From assembly GCA_020632215.1 (NCBI GenBank), contig JACKFZ010000001.1:83444-120683 (forward strand): DNA of 37,240 nucleotides, written 5' to 3'. Shown one piece after another: positions 1 to 7,957 of this stretch. The first letter of the stretch is position 1. Each line of letters starts with the position of its first letter. Position numbers and translations under genes: made by a program. Source of the stretch: Candidatus Nomurabacteria bacterium. GTDB lineage: Bacteria; Patescibacteriota; Minisyncoccia; Phycocordibacterales; JAACPR01. The notes under the pieces are model-generated. The model saw only the letters and a program-made list of their open reading frames with translations. It was not told where the DNA came from and did not search any database.

Positions 1-1
1 T

Positions 2-151
2 CAGCTGGAACTTCAATTGATAGATGGAACAAAAGAAATTAATAAAGAGTATGCTTTGGCACTAGGTTTCAGAGAAGTCGAAGATAAGGTATATTTAGAG
101 CGCGATCCTTCAACTCGCTTGTCTTTGTTAAATGAAACATCATCTCAGTAA
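2..151 (+). CDS. 3' end of a gene truncated by the window start; possible FtsL-like cell-division protein
   Basis: Open frame from position 2 (QLELQLIDGTKEINKEYALALGFREVEDKVYLERDPSTRLSLLNETSSQ*) ends at TAA 149-151 and overlaps the ftsI start. Its position upstream of ftsI is where ftsL usually lies. Confidence 0.5.
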   Translation, partial: QLELQLIDGTKEINKEYALALGFREVEDKVYLERDPSTRLSLLNETSSQ

Positions 152-1835
152 AACTAGAATAAGGCTAATTTTATTTTTCTTAATTGCCTTGTCATTTATT
201 ATACTTTTACGACTTTACTCCTTGCAGATAATGCGTAGTGATGACTATGCACAAAAGGCTGATAGACAATATGTTAGACCGAATTCATCAATTTTTAACA
301 GAGGATCCATCTCTTTTTCTACTAAAGATGGATCAATTATTGATGCAGCTACTTTGCAAACTGGTTACAATGTCACCATCAATCCAAGTACCTTGAAAGA
401 GCCCGCGGATGTTTTTAACAACTTATCTTTTATTCTGGAATTGGATGAAAATGATTTCTTTAAAAGTGCTGATAAAACCGAAGATCCTTACGAAGAAATA
501 TTTAAAAGGGCAACACCGAGTGATGCAGAAAAAATAAAAGAAATGGATATAGATGGTGTTTCTCTTTATAAAGATAGGTGGCGATTTTATCCAGGAAAAT
601 CTCTTGGCTCGCATGTTTTAGGTTTTATGTCTTACAAAGGTGATGAACTTCGAGGGCAATATGGTTTGGAGAGACAATACAATGAAGTACTAGATAAAAG
701 TCATAATAGCTTATATGCTAATTTTTTTATAGAAATTTTTTCTGGAGTAGGAAATAGCTTGAAAGGAAAAGATTCTAGCGGTTCAATTATCACAACTATC
801 GAACCAACAGTTCAAACATTTGTGGAGAAAGAGATAGATAATGTGAGATCAAATTGGTCTGCCAAGAAAACGGGAGTAATTGTCATGAATCCAAAAAATG
901 GAGAAATTTATTCCATGGCTTTAAATCCAACTTTTGATCTAAATACTTTCAATGAAGTAGATGATATTGCTATATACAAAAATGATTTGGTGGAAAGTGT
1001 GTATGAAATGGGGTCAATCGTAAAACCACTAACAATGGCTATTGGTTTAGATACCAATTCTGTTATTGCTGGAACGACATATGAAGATAGGGGACAACTG
1101 ACTTTGAATAATCGAACTTTTTATAATTATGATGGAAAAGCTCGTGGCGTTGTGAGTATGCAAGATGTTTTGAATAATTCACTCAACACCGGCGTTGCTT
1201 TTGTTGTTAGTCGTGTTGGTAATAATGTTTTTTCTGATTACATGAAGAAGCTAATAGGAAATACTACCGATATAGATTTACCAAACGAAGCTTCTCCGTT
1301 GGTAAGTAATCTTGATAGTCCTCGTGATATTGAACATGCAACAGCATCTTTTGGCCAAGGTATTGCCATGTCACCGATTTCTATTACAAGAGCCTTGGCT
1401 TCTTTGGGTAATGGGGGATTATTAATTCATCCTCATGTAGTGAAGTCTATTAAATATGATTTGGGCTACACAAAAGAGGTGGATGAAAGAGAACCTATAA
1501 GAATTTTCTCAGAAGAAACATCAGAAGAAATATCGCGTATGCTTGTCACTGTAGTTGACGATGCTTTGCTAGGAGGAACTGTGGCTTTGCCAAATTACAC
1601 AATTGCTGCTAAAACAGGTACAGCTCAGATAGCTAATGGAAGAGGTGGCTACTATGATGATAGGTATTTACACTCTTTTTTTGGTTATTTCCCGGCTTAT
1701 GATCCAGAGTTTATAGTCTTTTTGTATGTAATTGAACTGTATGGTGTTCAATATGCTTCACAGACTTTGACTGAACCATTTATGAATATTGCAAAGTTTC
1801 TAATCAATTATTATGAAGTGCCACCTGATCGATAA
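132..1835 (+). CDS. ftsI: Class B penicillin-binding protein (peptidoglycan D,D-transpeptidase, FtsI/PBP2 family)
   Basis: N-terminal TM helix; SxxK (GSIVK), SxN (SLN) and KTG motifs; SFGQGI motif; adjacent to murF. Confidence 0.9.
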   Translation: MKHHLSKTRIRLILFFLIALSFIILLRLYSLQIMRSDDYAQKADRQYVRPNSSIFNRGSISFSTKDGSIIDAATLQTGYNVTINPSTLKEPADVFNNLSFILELDENDFFKSADKTEDPYEEIFKRATPSDAEKIKEMDIDGVSLYKDRWRFYPGKSLGSHVLGFMSYKGDELRGQYGLERQYNEVLDKSHNSLYANFFIEIFSGVGNSLKGKDSSGSIITTIEPTVQTFVEKEIDNVRSNWSAKKTGVIVMNPKNGEIYSMALNPTFDLNTFNEVDDIAIYKNDLVESVYEMGSIVKPLTMAIGLDTNSVIAGTTYEDRGQLTLNNRTFYNYDGKARGVVSMQDVLNNSLNTGVAFVVSRVGNNVFSDYMKKLIGNTTDIDLPNEASPLVSNLDSPRDIEHATASFGQGIAMSPISITRALASLGNGGLLIHPHVVKSIKYDLGYTKEVDEREPIRIFSEETSEEISRMLVTVVDDALLGGTVALPNYTIAAKTGTAQIANGRGGYYDDRYLHSFFGYFPAYDPEFIVFLYVIELYGVQYASQTLTEPFMNIAKFLINYYEVPPDR

Positions 1836-1842
1836 AAAAAAG

Positions 1843-1870
1843 AATGTAGAATGTAGTATTTAGTATGTAG
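1843..1870 (+). repeat. Four tandem 7-nt units directly after the ftsI stop
   Basis: aatgtag aatgtag tatttag tatgtag, read directly. Confidence 0.75.
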
Positions 1871-1875
1871 ATCTT

Positions 1876-3186
1876 ATGAAAGAATTTCTTAAAAAAATAA
1901 TAATCAAAATAATTACTTGGGAATCTAGATTGGTGCTAGCTCGTTTTAGACCAAAAATTATTGCTGTTGTTGGAAGCGTAGGGAAAACTTCTACCAAGGA
2001 TGCTGTTTATTCTGGTTTAAAAAATATTTTATATATTAGAAAAAATCAAAAAAGTTTTAATAGTGAAATAGGTGTACCTCTTACTATTCTTGGTTTAGCT
2101 AATGCATGGGGGAATTATGGATTGTGGTTTTGGAATGTTATTAGGGGATTTCTAACTATATTTTCTTTTAATTATCCAAAATGGCTCATTCTTGAGCTTG
2201 GAATAGATAGACCCGGTGATATGAAAAAATATGCGTCTTGGATAAAGCCAGATGTTGTTATCCTTACTAGTTTTCCTGATGTGCCAGTGCACGTAGAATA
2301 TTTCGAATCTCCTGAAGATGTTATTGCAGAGAAAAAAGAAATTTTAAAATCTTTGAAGTATGACGGTGCTTTGGTACTGAATGCAGACGACCCAAAAGTC
2401 TTTGCGGTAGCAGAAGAGATGAAAAGTAAAATAAAAAAGGTTGTCACATTTGGACTTTCAACAAAAGCAGACGTTTCTATTTCAAATATGGATGTTATCT
2501 ATGAAAATTTTGATAATCATCAAGTGCCAACCGGCGTTTCTTTCAAAGGAAATTATAATGGTAACTCAGTTCCTATTGCTCTACACGGTGCGTTAGGAGT
2601 ACAGCATATTTATCCGATGGCTGCTGCTATGGCTACTGCTCTAGTATTAGATCTTCCTATACTATCTGTTGTTGATGCTCTGCATTATCATCAGGTGCCA
2701 AAAGGTCGAATGAATATTATAGAAGCTATAAATAATTCTGTTTTGATAGATGACTCATATAATGCTTCTCCAGAGTCTATGTCTAAGGCAATTGAAGTAT
2801 TGGGCCAATTAGAGACTAATAGTTCAAAAATAGCCATTTTGGGCGATATGCTTGAAATTGGAAAGTACACCGTTAGGGAGCATAGACGGATAGGGGAAAT
2901 GGTTAAAAATCAGGGTATAAATTTTCTATTCGCTATTGGACTTCGTTCAAAGGATATGGCTTTGGCAGCAGTAGAATCTGGTATGTCCGAGGACCATGTT
3001 TTTCATTTTGATTCATCAGAAGAAGCCATTGAGACAGTTTTGAAATATATAAAGCCTTATTCTCTAATTTTAATAAAAGGTTCTCAAGGAGCTAGGATGG
3101 AGAAAATATCTGGAGCTATTATCAAAGATCAAGACAACAAAGATGATCTGCTTGTTAGACAGGAAGGGGAGTGGGAAAGGAGATAA
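1876..3186 (+). CDS. murF: UDP-N-acetylmuramoyl-tripeptide--D-Ala-D-Ala ligase
   Basis: GSVGKTSTK P-loop, NSEIGVPLT, DDSYNASP, LGDMLEIG and IKGSQG motifs of MurF. Confidence 0.93.
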   Translation: MKEFLKKIIIKIITWESRLVLARFRPKIIAVVGSVGKTSTKDAVYSGLKNILYIRKNQKSFNSEIGVPLTILGLANAWGNYGLWFWNVIRGFLTIFSFNYPKWLILELGIDRPGDMKKYASWIKPDVVILTSFPDVPVHVEYFESPEDVIAEKKEILKSLKYDGALVLNADDPKVFAVAEEMKSKIKKVVTFGLSTKADVSISNMDVIYENFDNHQVPTGVSFKGNYNGNSVPIALHGALGVQHIYPMAAAMATALVLDLPILSVVDALHYHQVPKGRMNIIEAINNSVLIDDSYNASPESMSKAIEVLGQLETNSSKIAILGDMLEIGKYTVREHRRIGEMVKNQGINFLFAIGLRSKDMALAAVESGMSEDHVFHFDSSEEAIETVLKYIKPYSLILIKGSQGARMEKISGAIIKDQDNKDDLLVRQEGEWERR

Positions 3187-3190
3187 GAAT

Positions 3191-3354
3191 CAAAAATTCG
3201 AAGTACGAAATACGAAATCCGAAGCAAATATTAAATTTTAATAAATAAATTATAAACAAATAGTGAAATTTATACTTGTCTAATATTAAAACCAGGTACT
3301 ATATTTATAGCTTAATATTTAGAATTTGTTTCGGATTTCGATATTCGGATTTAC
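3191..3354 (+). mobile_element. ORF-less copy of the heptamer-inverted-repeat element that carries the four-helix-bundle gene at 10.6-11.1 kb
   Basis: Left arm cgaagta cgaaata cgaaatc cgaagca; right arm tgtttcg gatttcg atattcg gatttac. Positions 3240-3274 are identical (35 nt) to 10605-10639. Mobility is inferred. Confidence 0.75.
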
Positions 3355-3382
3355 CTGACTGCTAGCAGGACGCTTTGTCTCA

Positions 3383-3410
3383 TTTACATTTTATTTCAAA
3401 GTGCTATCAT
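3383..3410 (+). promoter_or_regulatory. Sigma70-type promoter for the leader-ridA-ilvA transcript
   Basis: TTTACA (3383-3388), 16-nt spacer, TGc-TATCAT extended -10 (3402-3410). Confidence 0.6.
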
Positions 3411-3418
3411 CTAAAGAC

Positions 3419-3493
3419 ATGACAAATATAGCTATCTACAACATTATAATTATTATGAGCTCAGGGCGAGGCAGAGGTCTGATTTGTGTCTAG
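3419..3493 (+). CDS. Ile-rich attenuator leader peptide (24 aa, ilvL-like)
   Basis: MTNIAIYNIIIIMSSGRGRGLICV*: six Ile codons in the first 12 (four consecutive), upstream of a terminator and of ilvA. Confidence 0.75.
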   Translation: MTNIAIYNIIIIMSSGRGRGLICV

Positions 3494-3514
3494 TTGTAGA
3501 AAATAGATAGAAAT

Positions 3515-3539
3515 AAGCCCTCTACCACGAGGGTTTTTT
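3515..3539 (+). terminator. Attenuator (intrinsic) terminator
   Basis: aagccctc-taccac-gagggttt stem-loop ending in a T6 tract, 33 nt upstream of the ridA ATG. Confidence 0.8.
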
Positions 3540-3572
3540 AAATTAATAATTAATAGTTGATAATCAATAATT

Positions 3573-3956
3573 ATGAAAAAAGAGATAAAAACAGAAAAAG
3601 CACCAGCACCAGTAGGACCTTATTCACAGGCTATTGAGATTAACGGAATGGTTTTTTGCTCTGGACAAATTGCATTAGATCCTGTTAGTGGAAATATAAG
3701 AGGTGACAATGCAGTATCTCAATTCGAAGTGGTAATTCAAAATTTAATAAATGTTTTAGAGTCAACAGGAGCAACATTAAATGATGTGGTGAGAGTAGAG
3801 ATTTATTTAAAAGACCTTTCAGATTTTTCGGAAATTAATAATTCATATGAAAAGTTTTTTGTAGATAGACCTTTTCCATCTAGAGTGACGGTCGAAGTCA
3901 ATAGATTACCAAAAGATGCATTAGTAGAAGTATCATGTATAGCTGTTAAAAAATAA
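3573..3956 (+). CDS. ridA: Rid family enamine/imine deaminase (RidA)
   Basis: APAPVGPYSQA, FCSGQIALDP, FPSRVTVEV (catalytic Arg) and LVEVSCIA motifs. Confidence 0.92.
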   Translation: MKKEIKTEKAPAPVGPYSQAIEINGMVFCSGQIALDPVSGNIRGDNAVSQFEVVIQNLINVLESTGATLNDVVRVEIYLKDLSDFSEINNSYEKFFVDRPFPSRVTVEVNRLPKDALVEVSCIAVKK

Positions 3957-3960
3957 AAAT

Positions 3961-5211
3961 ATGCAAAGATTAAAACTGATAAAGGAAGTAGAGAAAGCCA
4001 ATAACAATCTTGACGGAGTCATTACAAGAACACCATTAATTTTAAATAAAAGACTATCAAAAAAATATGGGGCAAATATTTTTCTAAAAAGAGAAGATCT
4101 ACAAGTTGTTAGATCGTATAAACTTCGTGGTGCCTATAACAAAATTTCAAATCTTTCTAAAGAAGAGAAAAAGAGGGGAGTGGTATGTGCTAGTGCTGGT
4201 AATCATGCGCAAGGTGTTGCTTTTGCCTGTTTTGATCTCAAGGTAAAAGGGCATATCTTTATGCCTCTCAATACTCCCAAACAGAAAGTAGATAGAGTGC
4301 GAGAGTTTGGTGATGGATGGACTGAAATTGTCCTAGTTGGTGATACCTATGATGATGCTCATAAAGAAGCTATGGATTTTTGCAAAAAGAAAAAATCTAT
4401 TTTTGTTCATCCTTTCGATGATCTGGAAGTAATAGCAGGACAGGGAACGATCGGAGTAGAAATCATGGAAAAAGCTAACAATGATGTAGATGTTGTGGTG
4501 GTGCCTATCGGTGGAGGTGGGCTGGTTGCGGGACTAGGTTCGTATGTAAAGAGTAAAAACAAAAAGACTAAAATCTTTGGTGTCGAACCTCTAGGGGCAC
4601 CATCTATGACAGCTTCTTTGAAAAAAGGAAAAGTGGTGAAGCTTGATCATATAGAAAAATTTGTTGATGGAGCTGCTGTCAAAGAAGTCGGTCAAGAGAC
4701 TTTTGCTATTGCTAAAAAACTAATAGATGCAATGCACACAGTTCCTGAAGGTAAGGTTTGCACAGAGATGATCTCACTTTATCAACATGATGGCATAGTG
4801 GCTGAACCTGCAGGAACTTTGTCAGTGGCAGTTTTAGATCAAATAAAAAAAGATATAAAAGGGAAAAACATAGTCTGTATCATCAGTGGTGGTAATAACG
4901 ACCTTAGTAGATTCCCAGAAATTGTTGATAAGAGTTTGATTTACGAAGGATTGAAACACTATTTCATTGTAGACTTTCCACAAAGACCTGGAGCTTTGAA
5001 ATTATTTTTGGAAAAAGCTTTAGGTAAGAATGATGATATTACTTTGTTTGAGTATATAAAGAAGAATGCTAGAGAGAGAGGACCAGCTCTTGTCGGTATT
5101 GAGTTGTCTAAAAAAGAGGATTTAGAGAAGTTGATGAAGAGAATGACTAGACTTGGTTTCCATTTTGAGAAACTAGAAAGTGATAGTCCAATGTTTAGAT
5201 TTTTGGTGTAG
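3961..5211 (+). CDS. ilvA: Threonine ammonia-lyase, short form with one C-terminal ACT-like domain
   Basis: KREDLQVVRSYKLRGA (PLP lysine), ASAGNHAQG, PIGGGGL, EPAG, SGGNND and FPQRPGAL motifs. Confidence 0.93.
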   Translation: MQRLKLIKEVEKANNNLDGVITRTPLILNKRLSKKYGANIFLKREDLQVVRSYKLRGAYNKISNLSKEEKKRGVVCASAGNHAQGVAFACFDLKVKGHIFMPLNTPKQKVDRVREFGDGWTEIVLVGDTYDDAHKEAMDFCKKKKSIFVHPFDDLEVIAGQGTIGVEIMEKANNDVDVVVVPIGGGGLVAGLGSYVKSKNKKTKIFGVEPLGAPSMTASLKKGKVVKLDHIEKFVDGAAVKEVGQETFAIAKKLIDAMHTVPEGKVCTEMISLYQHDGIVAEPAGTLSVAVLDQIKKDIKGKNIVCIISGGNNDLSRFPEIVDKSLIYEGLKHYFIVDFPQRPGALKLFLEKALGKNDDITLFEYIKKNARERGPALVGIELSKKEDLEKLMKRMTRLGFHFEKLESDSPMFRFLV

Positions 5212-5222
5212 AGTGGTGGTGT

Positions 5223-5534
5223 TTAAGTTAACGCAATGTCTTTCAGGTATTTAGATACAGAGTCGTATCCTTTCTTTATTGCTTTTTGCTCTATCTTTTT
5301 CTTATCTTCTGCTGAAACTCTGAATCTAATAACTTCTCCTTTTTTGGCATTATATTTTTGTTCTGCAATAATTAGATTTGGTAAATCTAAAATCAACTCA
5401 GGAATATCTTCAGCTAGAAAATTTTGATCAATTTTTGCATCTTTAGAGGTAAAGTGAATAGTCCCATCTTTATTTTTTTCTAAAGCATAAGAATAAATTT
5501 TGTTTTTTATTGTAATATTTGCTTTTGTTTTCAT
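5223..5534 (-). CDS. hicB: HicB-like antitoxin with C-terminal ribbon-helix-helix
   Basis: Overlaps the hicA stop; C-terminal VIRFRVSAEDKKKIEQKA...SVSKYLKDIAL is RHH-like; the N-terminus is a degenerate HicB-type fold. Confidence 0.6.
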   Translation of the reverse strand: MKTKANITIKNKIYSYALEKNKDGTIHFTSKDAKIDQNFLAEDIPELILDLPNLIIAEQKYNAKKGEVIRFRVSAEDKKKIEQKAIKKGYDSVSKYLKDIALT

Positions 5535-5773
5535 AATAAATATTTGATAATTTTATATATTTGTCTTTTATAAAATGGCTTGCATTCGTTACTATGGATG
5601 GGAACTATAACATCGTTAGGGAATTTCTGATTTTTATATTTCACATGACTACCTTTTGTCTGGATTTTTTCAAAGCCAAGTGATACTAGTATTTTTTCTA
5701 TATCTCTAAACTTTAACTTTTCTGGATCTTCTTTGAATTTGAATTTAGCAATCAGCTTATCCCTAATTGTCAT
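5531..5773 (-). CDS. hicA: HicA family mRNA interferase toxin
   Basis: LKFRDIEKILVSLGF...KGSHVKY...VIVPIH pattern of HicA. Confidence 0.85.
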   Translation of the reverse strand: MTIRDKLIAKFKFKEDPEKLKFRDIEKILVSLGFEKIQTKGSHVKYKNQKFPNDVIVPIHSNECKPFYKRQIYKIIKYLL

Positions 5774-5776
5774 GTA

Positions 5777-5809
5777 GCTACATTATACATAAGTGTAGCC
5801 TTTAGTCAA
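5777..5809 (-). promoter_or_regulatory. hicAB promoter with overlapping palindromic operator
   Basis: Minus strand TTGACT-16-TATAAT; the inverted repeat GCTACA-N11-TGTAGC (5777-5799) covers the -10. Confidence 0.7.
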
Positions 5810-5991
5810 ATGTTGGGTTGGTGCTGGGGCTCCAAAGTGTGACTTTATGAATTATAGGGATAAGGTGAATAGTGTGAAGGTTTGCGTTTATAGGTTGATT
5901 AAAGTGGCTAGATAAAAAATCACCTAGACCAACCGAAGCTAGTACGAGGTGACTTCGGAAGTGGTTGGTGTTGAAAAAAGTGGCTTCTCCT

Positions 5992-6387
5992 TTATGTACT
6001 TTCGGAAGAAAGTCCTTCGACCAGAGCTTGCATGAGTTTCAGAGCTTCCAGACTGGCTTGGTCTCCGTTGATTAGGAAACCGTGTGCTGGAGGGCAATTT
6101 ATTCCTCTTGTGTTCAGGTTAAATTGCCACAGATTGTCAGTGTCAAAGTCCGTGACATCTTTGCCACGGCGATAGACTCTCACAAAACACTTATCAATGC
6201 CTTCTTCGGGAAATGAGGAAGATAGTTTCCAGCAGAGGTAGACATGTACATTCTCTCCAAAAAACAGGGTGTGAACCTCATCTGGCCAATGTTGATTTGC
6301 CACGGCTCCTCGATTGCCCTTTTGGTGAAGACCGAAATGGGCCAAGATATCGTGGACTTTTTGAATGAAGGATGGTCGTGTTGACAT
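5992..6387 (-). CDS. Hypothetical protein (orphan; GC-richer than its neighbours)
   Basis: 131-aa ORF with no recognisable motif. Confidence 0.6.
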   Translation of the reverse strand: MSTRPSFIQKVHDILAHFGLHQKGNRGAVANQHWPDEVHTLFFGENVHVYLCWKLSSSFPEEGIDKCFVRVYRRGKDVTDFDTDNLWQFNLNTRGINCPPAHGFLINGDQASLEALKLMQALVEGLSSEST

Positions 6388-6475
6388 GATTTTGGCTTTG
6401 GTTGAATTAAAATTTACAGTTCAGCCTTAATTACATTTTTTAGTGGTTTAGTCAAGGTTTCGCTAAAGCTTAGTA

Positions 6476-6745
6476 GGGCAGGCTTAATGAAACTCGCAAG
6501 ATCTAAGCGATACAAAAATACATATCGCTTCGCTATATGTATTTTTTATCGTGTGAGTCTACCGGGAATCGGTCACAAGTCACTAAGCTTTTTGTCTCGC
6601 TCGTAGACTCGCTCACAAAAATCTAAGTGCTCGCGACCCCGCCTCGAAAGCTTCGCTTTCTCCGGCCTTCGATTATCTCCTCAGGAGATTCACTAAGAAC
6701 AAAAATAGCCCCGGATAAACCGGGACTATTTTGGTCCTGTGACCC
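6476..6745. repeat. Copy 1 of a 263-270 bp direct repeat of the tRNA-Glu downstream region
   Basis: Colinear with and highly similar to 7695-7957. Contains a degenerate tRNA 3'-end copy (6553-6571) and several hairpins. Confidence 0.9.
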
Positions 6746-6834
6746 AAGTGGGACAGAATTGGAACCAATTGGTTAGAGAACTACAAGTATGGCAGGTTTT
6801 TGGAAAGGAAGTATTTGAGAACAAGACCGCTTAA
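6739..6834 (+). pseudogene. Possible C-terminal tail of a lost site-specific recombinase at an att junction
   Basis: VTQVGQNWNQLVRELQVWQVFGKEVFENKTA* begins exactly at a degenerate tRNA-end copy (gtgaccc). The recombinase-tail identity is inferred from resemblance only. Confidence 0.4.
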
Positions 6835-6845
6835 TGGTAATAAAA

Positions 6846-7562
6846 CTAACCATGAGCCATATTAGTAAATTTCTCTATCTCTCCGTAGTTTTTTGAACCA
6901 TCAAGGTTTTGGACTCCTGTCTCGACATCAACACCATAAAATCCTCCAACCTCCATTGCAGCTTCTAAATTTATAGTTTTCAATCCTCCTGCCAGCCATA
7001 CAGGTAGATTACTTTCTTCTAATATTTTTTTACTAATAGACCAATCATGAGTTTGCCCTGTCCCTCCTGTCATATCTCCAACTTTTGAATCTAGAAGAAT
7101 TGCACTCAGAACGCCTGTCTCTTCATATCTTTTTGCCTCTTGTATAGCATCATGACCCGTAACATGGATAACTTTTACAATCTCAAGGTCTGGAAGTGCT
7201 TCTTTGATTTTCAATACTTCTTCAGGTGAAATATCACCTGTTAACTGAATGTGCGATGGCTGTACTCTGTTTGCAAAGTTAATATTAGTTTCTGCATCCT
7301 CTGCATTAGTAAGCATAAAAGTCTTTATATCACCATGTGACTTTTTTAATGTCTCAACTATTTCTACTGCTTGTTCCTCAGGAATATTATTTTTTGCTAG
7401 CTCTTTATCAAAGCCGACTAATACACCTATAGCATCTGGATGCAGATTACATATTTTATTTGCTTCCTCTACTGTTCTTACACCACAAATCTTAACTTTT
7501 AATTTAGGAGTCGATTCTATACTCTCAGTCACTTCCGTCTTTGGGTTACTTTGTTCTGGCAT
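6846..7562 (-). CDS. trpF: Phosphoribosylanthranilate isomerase (PRAI)
   Basis: KVKICG, HIQLTG, ILLDS...GGTGQTHDW, VWLAGGL and GVDVETGV motifs. Confidence 0.88.
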   Translation of the reverse strand: MPEQSNPKTEVTESIESTPKLKVKICGVRTVEEANKICNLHPDAIGVLVGFDKELAKNNIPEEQAVEIVETLKKSHGDIKTFMLTNAEDAETNINFANRVQPSHIQLTGDISPEEVLKIKEALPDLEIVKVIHVTGHDAIQEAKRYEETGVLSAILLDSKVGDMTGGTGQTHDWSISKKILEESNLPVWLAGGLKTINLEAAMEVGGFYGVDVETGVQNLDGSKNYGEIEKFTNMAHG

Positions 7563-7648
7563 ACAAAAATCTTACCACAATACAAAAAAGGTTCCAACGT
7601 CCCTTTGGGGTAGCTGAAAATACGTTGAAAAATAAGGCTCAAAAATTT

Positions 7649-7666
7649 GTGACCCTACCGGGAATC
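7649..7666 (-). repeat. tRNA-Glu 3'-end duplication (att-like)
   Basis: gtgaccctaccgggaatc, identical to 7951-7968. Confidence 0.9.
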
Positions 7667-7694
7667 CCCGTATAATTCGCTCCGCTCATTTACG

Positions 7695-7957
7695 GGGCAG
7701 GCTTAATGAAACTCGGCGAGATCTAAGCGATATAAAATTACATATCGCTTCGCTATATGTATTTTTATCGTGTGACCCTACCGGGAATCGGTCACAAGTC
7801 ACTAAGCTTTTTACTTCGCTCCACTCGTAAAAATCTAAGTGCTCGCGACCCCGCCTCGAAAGCTTCGCTTTCTCCGGCCTTCGATTATCTCCTCAGGAGA
7901 TTCACTGAGAACAAAAATAGCCCCGGATAAACCGGGACTATTTTGGTCCTGTGACCC
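7695..7957. repeat. Copy 2 of the tRNA-downstream direct repeat, including the att-like copy at 7772-7790
   Basis: See 6476-6745. Positions 7772-7790 (gtgaccctaccgggaatcg) are identical to 7951-7969. Confidence 0.9.
7914..7944 (-). terminator. Intrinsic terminator downstream of tRNA-Glu
   Basis: Minus strand aaaatagtcccgg-tttat-ccggggctatttt (13-bp stem with one G:U) ending in Ts; a second copy lies in repeat 1. Confidence 0.7.

Noticed and set aside
3361-3572. T-box riboswitch upstream of ilvA
   Set aside because: No T-box consensus, and the region is too short for stem I; the leader-peptide model fits better.
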